A stretch of 64,000 nt of DNA, taken from the NCBI GenBank assembly GCA_964057225.1, contig CAXKVF010000075.1, positions 620,001-684,000 on the forward strand, given 5' to 3'. Origin of the DNA: Auanema rhodensis. Its lineage: Eukaryota > Animalia > Nematoda. The notes under the pieces were generated by a model, which saw nothing but the letters and a program-made list of their open reading frames with translations, ran no database searches and was not told the origin of the DNA. A program made the position numbers and the translations under genes. Of the stretch, positions 13,001-27,631 are shown piece by piece (positions within the stretch are counted from its first letter, which is position 1; the number at the start of each line of letters is the position of its first letter).

Positions 13001-15663
13001 TTTATGCTAATTAAATGTACACGTGATGTGCACTTGGTATGTAACTCGCTTCACGTGAAAGATAAAGAGATGCGGTTTTCAAAATTAGATTCCCCATCTC
13101 CATATTAGTCTAAAAACAAATTTTTATTGATATTGGTGCATGGTAACCATGACTTTGAAATTTACGTGAACTTTAATTTATGCTAATTAAATGTACACGT
13201 GATGTGCACTTGGTATGTAACTCGCTTCACGTGAAAGATGAAGAGATGCGGTTTTCAAAATTAGATTCCCCATGTCCATATTAGTCTAAAAACAAATTTT
13301 TATTGATATTGGTGCATGGTAACCATGACTTTGAAATTTACGTGAACTTTAATTTATGCTAATTAAATGTACACGTGATGTGCACTTGGTATGTAACTCG
13401 CTTCACGTGAAAGATGAAGAGATGCGGTTTTCAAAATTAGATTCCCCATGTCCATATTAGTCTAAAAACAAATTTTTATTGATATTGGTGCATGGTAACC
13501 ATGACTTTGAAATTTACGTGAACTTTAATTTATGCTAATTAAATGTACACGTGATGTGCACTTGGTATGTAACTCGCTTCACGTGAAAGATAAAGAGATG
13601 CGGTTTTCAAAATTAGATTCCCCATGTCCATATTAGTCTAAAAACAAATTTTTATTGATATTGGTGCATGGTAACCATGACTTTGAAATTTACGTGAACT
13701 TTAATTTATGCTAATTAAATGTACACGTGATGGGCACTTGGTATGTAACTCGCTTCACGTGAAAGATAAAGAGATGCGGTTTTCAAAATTAGGTTCCCCA
13801 TGTCCATATTAGTCTAAAAACAAATTTTTATTGATATTGGTTCATGGTAACCATGACTTTGAAATTTACGTGAACTTTAATTTATGCTAATTAAATGTAC
13901 ACGTGATGTGCACTTGGTATGTAACTCGCTTCACGTGAAAGATAAAGAGATGCGGTTTTCAAAATTAGATTCCCCATGTCCATATTAGTCTAAAAACAAA
14001 TTTTTATTGATATTGCTTCATGGTAACCATGACTTTGAAATTTACGTGAACTTTAATTTATGCTAATTAAATGTACACGTGATGTGTACTTGGTATGTAA
14101 CTCGCTTCACGTGAAAGATAAAGAGATGCGGTTTTCAAAATTAGATTCCCCATGTCCATATTAGTCTAAAAACAATTTTTTATTGATATTGGTTCATGGT
14201 AACCATGACTTTGAAATTTACGTGAACTTTAATTTATGCTTATTAAATGTACACGTGATGTGCACTTGGTATGTAACTCGCTTCACGTGAAAGATAAAGA
14301 GATGCGGTTTTCAAAATTAGATTCCCCATGTCCATATTAGTCTAAAAACAAATTTTTATCGATATTGCTTCATGGTAACCATGACTTTGAAATTTACGTG
14401 AACTTTAATTTATGCTAATTAAATGTACACGTGATGTGCACTTGGTATGTAACTCGCTTCACGTGAAAGATAAAGAGATGCGGTTTTCAAAATTAGATTC
14501 CCCATGTCCATATTAGTCTAAAAACAAATTTTTATTGATATTGGTGCATGGTAACCATGACTTTGAAATTTACGTGAACTTTAAATTATGCTAATTAAAT
14601 GTACACGTGATGTGCACTTGGTATGTAACTCGCTTCACGTGAAAGATAAAAAGATGCGGTTTTCAAAATTAGATTCCCCATGTCCATATTAGTCTTAAAA
14701 CAAATTTTTATTGATATTGGTTCATGGTAACCATGACTTTGAAATTTACGTTAACTTTAATTTATGCTAATTAAATGTACACGTGATGTGCACTTGGTAT
14801 GTAACTCGCTTCACGTGAAAGATAAAGAGATGCGGTTTTCAAAATTGGATTCCCCATGTCCATATTAGTCTAAAAACAAATTTTTATTGATATTGGTGCA
14901 TGGTAACCATGACTTTGAAATTTACGTGAACTTTAATTTATTCTAATTAAATGTACACGTGATGTGCACTTGGTATGTAACTCGCTTCACGTGAAAGATA
15001 AAGAGATGCGGTTTTCAAAATTAGATTCCCCATGTCCATATTAGTCTAAAAACAAATTTTTATTGATATTGGTTCATGGTAACCATGACTTTGAAATTTA
15101 CGTGAACTTTAATTTATGCTAATTAAATGTACACGTGATGTGCACTTGGTATGTAACTCGCTTCACGTGAAAGATAAAGAGATGCTGTTTTCAAAATTAG
15201 ATTCCCCATGTCCATATTAGTCTAAAAACAAATTTTTATTGATATTGGTGCATGGTAACCATGACTTTGAAATTTACGTGAACTTTAATTTATGCTAATT
15301 AAATGTACACGTGATGTGCACTTGGTATGTAACTCGCTTCACGTGAAAGATAAAGAGATGCGGTTTTCAAAATTAGGTTCCCCATGTCCATATTAGTCTA
15401 AAAACAAATTTTTATTGATATTGGTTCATGGTAACCATGACTTTGAAATTTGCGTGAACTTTAATTTATGCTAATTAAATGTACACGTGATGTGCACTTG
15501 GTATGTAACTCGCTTCACGTGAAAGATAAAGAGATGCGGTTTTCAAAATTGGATTCCCCATGTCCATATTAGTCTAAAAACAAATTTTTATTGATATTGC
15601 TTCATGGTAACCATGACTTTGAAATTTACGTGAACTTTAATTTATGCTAATTAAATGTACACG
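10032..15663. repeat. Tandem duplication of a 16-monomer (2816-bp) block, overlapping the 21-mer duplication
   Basis: Variants at +2816: CATCTCC 10282/13098, ATGGGCAC 10917/13733, TTATTCT 12126/14942, GATGCTG 12370/15186, TTTGCG 12636/15452. Several differences remain between the copies. Confidence 0.85.
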
Positions 15664-18600
15664 TGATGTGCACTTGGTATGTAACTCGCTTCACGTGAAA
15701 GATAAAGAGATGCGGTTTTCAAAATTAGATTCCCCATGTCCATATTAGTCTAAAAACAATTTTTTATTGATATTGGTTCATGGTAACCATGACTTTGAAA
15801 TTTACGTGAACTTTAATTTATGCTTATTAAATGTACACGTGATGTGCACTTGGTATGTAACTCGCTTCACGTGAAAGATAAAGAGATGCGGTTTTCAAAA
15901 TTAGATTCCCCATGTCCATATTAGTCTAAAAACAAATTTTTATTGATATTGCTTCATGGTAACCATGACTTTGAAATTTACGTGAACTTTAATTTATGCT
16001 AATTAAATGTACACGTGATGTGCACTTGGTATGTAACTCGCTTCACGTGAAAGATAAAGAGATGCGGTTTTCAAAATTAGATTCCCCATGTCCATATTAG
16101 TCTAAAAACAAATTTTTATTGATATTGGTGCATGGTAACCATGACTTTGAAATTTACGTGAACTTTAATTTATGCTAATTAAATGTACACGTGATGTGCA
16201 TTTGGTATGTAACTTGCTTCACGTGAAAGATAAAGTGATGCGGTTTTCAAAATTAGATTCCTCATGTCCATATTAGTCTAAAAACAAATTTTTATTGATA
16301 TTGGTTCATGGTAACCATGACTTTGAAATTTACGTGAACTTTAATTTATGCTAATTAAATGTACACGTGATGTGCACTTGGTATGTAACTCGCTTCACGT
16401 GAAAGATAAAGAGATGCAGTTTTCAAAATTAGATTCCCCATGTCCATATTAGTCTAAAAACAAATTTTTATTGATATTGGTGCATGGTAACCATGACTTT
16501 GAAATTTACGTGAACTTTAATTTATGCTAATTAAATGTACACGTGATGTGCACTTGGTATGTAACTCGCTTCACGTGAAAGATAAAGAGATGCGGTTTTC
16601 AAAATTAGATTCCCCATGTACATATTAGTCTAAAAACAAATTTTTATTGATATTGGTTCATGGTAACCATGACTTTGAAATTTACGTGAACTTTAATTTA
16701 TGCTAATTAAATGTACACGTGATGTGCACTTGGTATGTAACTCGCTTCACGTGAAAGATAAAGAGATGCGGTTTTCAACATTAGATTCCCCATGTCCATA
16801 TTAGTCTAAAAACAAATTTTTATTGATATTGGTGCATGGTAACCATTACTTTGAAATTTACGTGAACTTTAATTTATGCTAATTAAATGTACACGTGATG
16901 TGCACTTGGTATGTAACTCGCTTCACGTGAAAGATAAAGAGATGCGGTTTTCAAAATTAGATTCCCCATGTCCATATTAGTCTAAAAACAAATTTTTATT
17001 GATATTGGTGCATGGTAACCATGACTTTGAAATTTACGTGAACTTTAATTTATGCTAATTAAATGTACACGTGATGTGCACTTGGTATGTAACTCGCTTC
17101 ACGTGAAAGATAAAGAGATGCGGTTTTCAAAATTAGATTCCCCATGTCCATTTTAGTCTAAAAACAAATTTTTATTGATATTGGTGCATGGTAACCATGA
17201 CTTTGAAATTTACGTGAACTTTAATTTATGCTAATTAAATGTACACGTGATGTGCACTTGGTATGTAACTCGCTTCACGTGAAAGATAAAGAGATGCGGT
17301 TTTCAAAATTAGATTCCCCATGTCCATATTAGTCTAAAAACAAATTTTTATTGATATTGGTGCATGGTAACCATGACTTTGAAATTTACGTGAACTTTAA
17401 TTTATGCTAATTAAATGTACACGTGATGGGCACTTGGTATGTAACTCGCTTCACGTGAAAGATAAAGAGATGCGGTTTTCAAAATTAGGTTCCCCATGTC
17501 CATATTAGTCTAAAAACAAATTTTTATTGATATTGGTTCATGGTAACCATGACTTTGAAATTTACGTGAACTTTAATTTATGCTAATTAAATGTACACGT
17601 GATGTGCACTTGGTATGTAACTCGCTTCACGTGAAAGATAAAGAGATGCGGTTTTCAAAATTAGATTCCCCATGTCCATATTAGTCTAAAAACAAATTTT
17701 TATTGATATTGCTTCATGGTAACCATGACTTTGAAATTTACGTGAACTTTAATTTATGCTAATTAAATGTACACGTGATGTGTACTTGGTATGTAACTCG
17801 CTTCACGTGAAAGATAAAGAGATGCGGTTTTCAAAATTAGATTCCCCATGTCCATATTAGTCTAAAAACAATTTTTTATTGATATTGGTTCATGGTAACC
17901 ATGACTTTGAAATTTACGTGAACTTTAATTTATGCTTATTAAATGTACACGTGATGTGCACTTGGTATGTAACTCGCTTCACGTGAAAGATAAAGAGATG
18001 CGGTTTTCAAAATTAGATTCCCCATGTCCATATTAGTCTAAAAACAAATTTTTATCGATATTGCTTCATGGTAACCATGACTTTGAAATTTACGTGAACT
18101 TTAATTTATGCTAATTAAATGTACACGTGATGTGCACTTGGTATGTAACTCGCTTCACGTGAAAGATAAAGAGATGCGGTTTTCAAAATTAGATTCCCCA
18201 TGTCCATATTAGTCTAAAAACAAATTTTTATTGATATTGGTGCATGGTAACCATGACTTTGAAATTTACGTGAACTTTAAATTATGCTAATTAAATGTAC
18301 ACGTGATGTGCACTTGGTATGTAACTCGCTTCACGTGAAAGATAAAAAGATGCGGTTTTCAAAATTAGATTCCCCATGTCCATATTAGTCTTAAAACAAA
18401 TTTTTATTGATATTGGTTCATGGTAACCATGACTTTGAAATTTACGTTAACTTTAATTTATGCTAATTAAATGTACACGTGATGTGCACTTGGTATGTAA
18501 CTCGCTTCACGTGAAAGATAAAGAGATGCGGTTTTCAAAATTGGATTCCCCATGTCCATATTAGTCTAAAAACAAATTTTTATTGATATTGGTGCATGGT

Positions 18601-20943
18601 AACCATGACTTTGAAATTTACGTGAACTTTAATTTATGCTAATTAAATGTACACGTGATGTGCACTTGGTATGTAACTCGCTTCACGTGAAAGATAAAGA
18701 GATGCGGTTTTCAAAATTAGATTCCCCATGTCCATATTAGTCTAAAAACAAATTTTTATTGATATTGGTTCATGGTAACCATGACTTTGAAATTTACGTG
18801 AACTTTAATTTATGCTAATTAAATGTACACGTGATGTGCACTTGGTATGTAACTCGCTTCACGTGAAAGATAAAGAGATGCGGTTTTCAAAATTAGATTC
18901 CCCATGTCCATATTAGTCTAAAAACAAATTTTTATTGATATTGGTGCATGGTAACCATGACTTTGAAATTTACGTGAACTTTAATTTATGCTAATTAAAT
19001 GTACACGTGATGTGCACTTGGTATGTAACTCGCTTCACGTGAAAGATAAAGAGATGCGGTTTTCAAAATTAGGTTCCCCATGTCCATATTAGTCTAAAAA
19101 CAAATTTTTATTGATATTGGTTCATGGTAACCATGACTTTGAAATTTGCGTGAACTTTAATTTATGCTAATTAAATGTACACGTGATGTGCACTTGGTAT
19201 GTAACTCGCTTCACGTGAAAGATAAAGAGATGCGGTTTTCAAAATTAGATTCCCCATGTCCATATTAGTCTAAAAACAAATTTTTATTGATATTGCTTCA
19301 TGGTAACCATGACTTTGAAATTTACGTGAACTTTAATTTATGCTAATTAAATGTACACGTGATGTGCACTTGGTATGTAACTCGCTTCACGTGAAAGATA
19401 AAGAGATGCGGTTTTCAAAATTAGATTCCCCATGTCCATATTAGTCTAAAAACAATTTTTTATTGATATTGGTTCATGGTAACCATGACTTTGAAATTTA
19501 CGTGAACTTTAATTTATGCTTATTAAATGTACACGTGATGTGCACTTGGTATGTAACTCGCTTCACGTGAAAGATAAAGAGATGCGGTTTTCAAAATTAG
19601 ATTCCCCATGTCCATATTAGTCTAAAAACAAATTTTTATTGATATTGCTTCATGGTAACCATGACTTTGAAATTTACGTGAACTTTAATTTATGCTAATT
19701 AAATGTACACGTGATGTGCACTTGGTATGTAACTCGCTTCACGTGAAAGATAAAGAGATGCGGTTTTCAAAATTAGATTCCCCATGTCCATATTAGTCTA
19801 AAAACAAATTTTTATTGATATTGGTGCATGGTAACCATGACTTTGAAATTTACGTGAACTTTAATTTATGCTAATTAAATGTACACGTGATGTGCATTTG
19901 GTATGTAACTTGCTTCACGTGAAAGATAAAGTGATGCGGTTTTCAAAATTAGATTCCCCATGTCCATATTAGTCTAAAAACAAATTTTTATTGATATTGG
20001 TTCATGGTAACCATGACTTTGAAATTTACGTGAACTTTAATTTATGCTAATTAAATGTACACGTGATGTGCACTTGGTATGTAACTCGCTTCACGTGAAA
20101 GATAAAGAGATGCAGTTTTCAAAATTAGATTCCCCATGTCCATATTAGTCTAAAAACAAATTTTTATTGATATTGGTGCATGGTAACCATGACTTTGAAA
20201 TTTACGTGAACTTTAATTTATGCTAATTAAATGTACACGTGATGTGCACTTGGTATGTAACTCGCTTCACGTGAAAGATAAAGAGATGCGGTTTTCAAAA
20301 TTAGATTCCCCATGTACATATTAGTCTAAAAACAAATTTTTATTGATATTGGTTCATGGTAACCATGACTTTGAAATTTACGTGAACTTTAATTTATGCT
20401 AATTAAATGTACACGTGATGTGCACTTGGTATGTAACTCGCTTCACGTGAAAGATAAAGAGATGCGGTTTTCAACATTAGATTCCCCATGTCCATATTAG
20501 TCTAAAAACAAATTTTTATTGATATTGGTGCATGGTAACCATTACTTTGAAATTTACGTGAACTTTAATTTATGCTAATTAAATGTACACGTGATGTGCA
20601 CTTGGTATGTAACTCGCTTCACGTGAAAGATAAAGAGATGCGGTTTTCAAAATTAGATTCCCCATGTCCATATTAGTCTAAAAACAAATTTTTATTGATA
20701 TTGGTGCATGGTAACCATGACTTTGAAATTTACGTGAACTTTAATTTATGCTAATTAAATGTACACGTGATGTGCACTTGGTATGTAACTCGCTTCACGT
20801 GAAAGATAAAGAGATGCGGTTTTCAAAATTAGATTCCCCATGTCCATTTTAGTCTAAAAACAAATTTTTATTGATATTGGTGCATGGTAACCATGACTTT
20901 GAAATTTACGTGAACTTTAATTTATGCTAATTAAATGTACACG
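13552..20943. repeat. Tandem duplication of a 21-monomer (3696-bp) block
   Basis: Variants at +3696: ATGGGCAC 13733/17429, GTGTAC 14087/17783, TTAAATT 14585/18281, CCATTAC 16847/20543. About four differences are private to the first copy (14942, 15186, 15551, 16262). Confidence 0.9.
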
Positions 20944-23583
20944 TGATGTGCACTTGGTATGTAACTCGCTTCACGTGAAAGATAAAGAGATGCGGTTTTC
21001 AAAATTAGATTCCCCATGTCCATATTAGTCTAAAAACAAATTTTTATTGATATTGGTGCATGGTAACCATGACTTTGAAATTTACGTGAACTTTAATTTA
21101 TGCTAATTAAATGTACACGTGATGTGCACTTGGTATGTAACTCGCTTCACGTGAAAGATAAAGAGATGCGGTTTTCAAAATTAGATTCCCCATGTCCATT
21201 TTAGTCTAAAAACAAATTTTTATTGATATTGGTGCATGGTAACCATGACTTTGAAATTTACGTGAACTTTAATTTATGCTAATTAAATGTACACGTGATG
21301 TGCACTTGGTATGTAACTCGCTTCACGTGAAAGATAAAGAGATGCGGTTTTCAAAATTAGATTCCCCATGTACATATTAGTCTAAAAACAAATTTTTATT
21401 GATATTGGTTCATGGTAACCATGACTTTGAAATTTACGTGAACTTTAATTTATGCTAATTAAATGTACACGTGATGTGCACTTGGTATGTAACTCGCTTC
21501 ACGCGAAAGATAAAGAGATGCGGTTTTCAATATTAGATTCCCCATGTCCATATTAGTCTAAAAACAAATTTTTATTGATATTGGTGCATGGTAACCATGA
21601 CTTTGAAATTTACGTGAACTTTAATTTATGCTAATTAAATGTACACGTGATGTGCACTTGGTATGTAACTCGCTTCACGTGAAAGATAAAGAGATGCGGT
21701 TTTTAAAATTAGATTCCCCATGTCCATATTAGTCTAAAAACAAATTTTTATTGATATTGGTGCATGGTAACCATGACTTTGAAATTTACGTGAACTTTAA
21801 TTTATGCTAATTAAATGTACACGTGATGTGCACTTGGTATGTAACTCGCTTCACGTGAAAGATAAAGAGATGCGGTTTTCAAAATTAGATTCCCCATGTC
21901 CATTTTAGTCTAAAAACAAATTTTTATTGATATTGGTGCATGGTAACCATGACTTTGAAATTTACGTGAATTTTGATTTATGCTAATTAAATGTACACGT
22001 GATGTGCACTTGGTATGTAACTCGCTTCACGTGAAAGATAAAGAGATGCGGTTTTCAAAATAAGATTCCCCATGTCCATATTAGTCTAAAAACAAATTTT
22101 TATTGATATTGGTGCATGGTAACCATGACTTTGAAATTTACGTGAACTTTAATTTATGCTAATTAAATGTACACGTGATGTGCACTTGGTATGTAACTCG
22201 CTTCACGTGAAAGATAAAGAGATGCGGTTTCCAAAATTAGATTCCCCATGTCCATATTAGTCTAAAAACAAATTTTTATTGATATTGGTGCATGGTAACC
22301 ATGACTTTGAAATTTACGTGAACTTTAATTTATGCTAATTAAATGTACACGTGATGTGCACTTGGTATGTAACTCGCTTCACGTGAAAGATAAAGTGATG
22401 CGGTTTTCAAAATTAGATTCCCCATGTCCATATTAGTCTAAAAACAAATTTTTATTGATATTGGTGCATGGTAACCATGACTTTGAAATTTACGTGAACT
22501 TTAATTTATGCTAATTAAATGTACACGTGATGTGCACTTGGTATGTAACTCGCTTCACGTGAAAGATAAAGAGATGCGGTTTTCAAAATTAGATTCCCCA
22601 TGTCCATATTAGTCTAAAAACAAATTTTTATTGATATTGGTGCATGGTAACCATGACTTTGAAATTTACGTGAACTTTAATTTATGCTAATTAAATGTAC
22701 ACGTGATGTGCACTTGGTATGTAACTCGCTTCACGTGAAAGATAAAGAGATGCGGTTTTCAAAATTAGATTCCCCATGTCCATATTAGTCTAAAAACAAA
22801 TTTTTATTGATATTGGTGCATGGTAACCATGACTTTGAAATTTACGTGAACTTTAATTTATGCTAATTAAATGTACACGTGATGTGCACTTGGTATGTAA
22901 CTCGCTTCACGTGAAAGATGAAGAGATGCGGTTTTCAAAATTAGATTCCCCATGTCCATATTAGTCTAAAAACAAATTTTTATTGATATTGGTGCATGGT
23001 AACCATGACTTTGAAATTTACGTGAACTTTAATTTATGCTAATTAAATGTACACGTGATGTGCACTTGGTATGTAACTCGCTTCACGTGAAAGATAAAGA
23101 AATGCGGTTTTCAAAATTAGATTCCCCATGTCCATATTAGTCTAAAAACAAATTTTTATTGATATTGGTGCATGGTAACCATGACTTTGAAATTTACGTG
23201 AACTTTAATTTATGCTAATTAAATGTACACGTGATGTGCACTTGGTATGTAACTCGCTTCACGTGAAAGATAAAGAGATGCGGTTTTCAAAATTAGATTC
23301 CCCATGTCCATATTAGTCTAAAAACAAATTTTTATTGATATTGGTGCATGGTAACCATGACTTTGAAATTTACGTGAACTTTAATTTATGCTAATTAAAT
23401 GTACACGTGATGTGCACTTGGTATGTAACTCGCTTCACGTGAAAGATGAAGAGATGCGGTTTTCAAAATTAGATTCCCCATGTCCATATTAGTCTAAAAA
23501 CAAATTTTTATTGATATTGGTGCATGGTAACCATGACTTTGAAATTTACGTGAACTTTAATTTATGCTAATTAAATGTACACG

Positions 23584-26500
23584 TGATGTGCACTTGGTAT
23601 GTAACTCGCTTCACGTGAAAGATAAAGAGATGCGGTTTTCAAAATTAGATTCCCCATGTCCATATTAGTCTAAAAACAAATTTTTATTGATATTGGTGCA
23701 TGGTAACCATGACTTTGAAATTTACGTGAACTTTAATTTATGCTAATTAAATGTACACGTGATGTGCACTTGGTATGTAACTCGCTTCACGTGAAAGATA
23801 AAGAGATGCGGTTTTCAAAATTAGGTTCCCCATGTCCATATTAGTCTAAAAACAAATTTTTATTGATATTGGTGCATGGTAACCATGACTTTGAAATTTA
23901 CGTGAACTTTAATTTATGCTAATTAAATGTACACGTGATGTGCACTTGGTATGTAACTCGCTTCACGTGAAAGATGAAGAGATGCGGTTTTCAAAATTAG
24001 ATTCCCCATGTCCATATTAGTCTAAAAACAAATTTTTATTGATATTGGTGCATGGTAACCATGACTTTGAAATTTACGTGAACTTTAATTTATGCTAATT
24101 AAATGTACACGTGATGTGCACTTGGTATGTAACTCGCTTCACGTGAAAGATAAAGAGATGCGGTTTTCAAAATTAGATTCCCCATGTCCATATTAGTCTA
24201 AAAACAAATTTTTATTGATATTGGTGCATGGTAACCATGACTTTGAAATTTACGTGAACTTTAATTTATACTAATTGAATGTACACGTGATGTGCACTTG
24301 GTATGTAACTCGCTTCACGTGAAAGATAAAGAGATGCGGTTTTCAAAATTAGATTCCCCATGTCCATATTAGTCTAAAAACAAATTTTTATTGATATTGG
24401 TGCATGGTAACCATGACTTTGAAATTTACGTGAACTTTAATTTATGCTAATTAAATGTACACGTGATGTGCACTTGGTATGTAACTCGCTTCACGTGAAA
24501 GATAAAGAGATGCGGTTTTCAAAATTAGGTTCCCCATGTCCATATTAGTCTAAAAACAAATTTTTATTGATATTGGTTCATGGTAACCATGACTTTGAAA
24601 TTTGCGTGAACTTTAATTTATGCTAATTAAATGTACACGTGATGTGCACTTGGTATGTAACTCGCTTCACGTGAAAGATAAAGAGATGCGGTTTTCAAAA
24701 TTAGATTCCCCATGTCCATATTAGTCTAAAAACAAATTTTTATTGATATTGCTTCATGGTAACCATGACTTTGAAATTTACGTGAACTTTAATTTATGCT
24801 AATTAAATGTACACGTGATGTGCACTTGGTATGTAACTCGCTTCACGTGAAAGATAAAGAGATGCGGTTTTCAAAATTAGATTCCCCATGTCCATATTAG
24901 TCTAAAAACAAATTTTTATTGATATTGCTTCATGGTAACCATGACTTTGAAATTTACGTGAACTTTAATTTATGCTAATTAAATGTACACGTGATGTGCA
25001 CTTGGTATGTAACTCGCTTCACGTGAAAGATAAAGAGATGCGGTTTTCAAAATTAGATTCCCCATGTCCATATTAGTCTAAAAACAAATTTTTATTGATA
25101 TTGGTGCATGGTAACCATGACTTTGAAATTTACGTGAACTTTAATTTATGCTAATTAAATGTACACGTGATGTGCATTTGGTATGTAACTTGCTTCACGT
25201 GAAAGATAAAGTGATGCGGTTTTCAAAATTAGATTCCCCATGTCCATATTAGTCTAAAAACAAATTTTTATTGATATTGGTTCATGGTAACCATGACTTT
25301 GAAATTTACGTGAACTTTAATTTATGCTAATTAAATGTACACGTGATGTGCACTTGGTATGTAACTCGCTTCACGTGAAAGATAAAGAGATGCGGTTTTC
25401 AAAATTTGATTCCCCATGTCCATATTAGTCTAAAAACAAATTTTTATTGATATTGGTTCATGGTAACCATGACTTTGAAATTTACGTGAACTTTAATTTA
25501 TGCTAATTAAATGTACACGTGATGTGCACTTGGTATGTAACTCGCTTCACGTGAAAGATAAAGAGATGCAGTTTTCAAAATTAGATTCCCCATGTCCATA
25601 TTAGTCTAAAAACAAATTTTTATTGATATTGGTGCATGGTAACCATGACTTTGAAATTTACGTGAACTTTAATTTATGCTAATTAAATGTACACGTGATG
25701 TGCACTTGGTATGTAACTCGCTTCACGTGAAAGATAAAGAGATGCGGTTTTCAAAATTAGATTCCCCATGTCCATATTAGTCTAAAAACAAATTTTTATT
25801 GATATTGGTGCATGGTAACCATGACTTTGAAATTTACGTGAACTTTAATTTATGCTAATTAAATGTACACGTGATGTGCACTTGGTATGTAACTCGCTTC
25901 ACGTGAAAGATAAAGAGATGCGGTTTTCAAAATTAGGTTCCCCATGTCCATATTAGTCTAAAAACAAATTTTTATTGATATTGGTGCATGGTAACCATGA
26001 CTTTGAAATTTACGTGAACTTTAATTTATGCTAATTAAATGTACACGTGATGTGCACTTGGTATGTAACTCGCTTCACGTGAAAGATGAAGAGATGCGGT
26101 TTTCAAAATTAGATTCCCCATGTCCATATTAGTCTAAAAACAAATTTTTATTGATATTGGTGCATGGTAACCATGACTTTGAAATTTACGTGAACTTTAA
26201 TTTATGCTAATTAAATGTACACGTGATGTGCACTTGGTATGTAACTCGCTTCACGTGAAAGATAAAGAGATGCGGTTTTCAAAATTAGATTCTTCATGTC
26301 CATATTAGTCTAAAAACAAATTTTTATTGATATTGGTGCATGGTAACCATGACTTTGAAATTTACGTGAACTTTAATTTATGCTAATTAAATGTACACGT
26401 GATGTGCACTTGGTATGTAACTCGCTTCACGTGAAAGATAAAGAGATGCGGTTTTCAAAATTAGGTTCCCCATGTCCATATTAGTCTAAAAACAAATTTT

Positions 26501-27631
26501 TATTGATATTGGTTCATGGTAACCATGACTTTGAAATTTGCGTGAACTTTAATTTATGCTAATTAAATGTACACGTGATGTGCACTTGGTATGTAACTCG
26601 CTTCACGTGAAAGATAAAGAGATGCGGTTTTCAAAATTAGATTCCCCATGTCCATATTAGTCTAAAAACAAATTTTTATTGATATTGCTTCATGGTAACC
26701 ATGACTTTGAAATTTACGTGAACTTTAATTTATGCTAATTAAATGTACACGTGATGTGCACTTGGTATGTAACTCGCTTCACGTGAAAGATAAAGAGATG
26801 CGGTTTTCAAAATTAGATTCCCCATGTCCATATTAGTCTAAAAACAAATTTTTATTGATATTGCTTCATGGTAACCATGACTTTGAAATTTACGTGAACT
26901 TTAATTTATGCTAATTAAATGTACACGTGATGTGCACTTGGTATGTAACTCGCTTCACGTGAAAGATAAAGAGATGCGGTTTTCAAAATTAGATTCCCCA
27001 TGTCCATATTAGTCTAAAAACAAATTTTTATTGATATTGGTGCATGGTAACCATGACTTTGAAATTTACGTGAACTTTAATTTATGCTAATTAAATGTAC
27101 ACGTGATGTGCATTTGGTATGTAACTTGCTTCACGTGAAAGATAAAGTGATGCGGTTTTCAAAATTAGATTCCCCATGTCCATATTAGTCTAAAAACAAA
27201 TTTTTATTGATATTGGTTCATGGTAACCATGACTTTGAAATTTACGTGAACTTTAATTTATGCTAATTAAATGTACACGTGATGTGCACTTGGTATGTAA
27301 CTCGCTTCACGTGAAAGATAAAGAGATGCGGTTTTCAAAATTTGATTCCCCATGTCCATATTAGTCTAAAAACAAATTTTTATTGATATTGGTTCATGGT
27401 AACCATGACTTTGAAATTTACGTGAACTTTAATTTATGCTAATTAAATGTACACGTGATGTGCACTTGGTATGTAACTCGCTTCACGTGAAAGATAAAGA
27501 GATGCAGTTTTCAAAATTAGATTCCCCATGTCCATATTAGTCTAAAAACAAATTTTTATTGATATTGGTGCATGGTAACCATGACTTTGAAATTTACGTG
27601 AACTTTAATTTATGCTAATTAAATGTACACG
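23584..27631. repeat. Imperfect 12/11-monomer tandem duplication (one monomer gained or lost internally)
   Basis: Offset is 2112 (12 monomers) for AGGTT 23825/25937 and GATGAAG 23976/26088. It then becomes 1936 (11 monomers) for TTTGCG 24604/26540, GCATTTGG 25177/27113 and ATGCAG 25570/27506. Confidence 0.8.
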
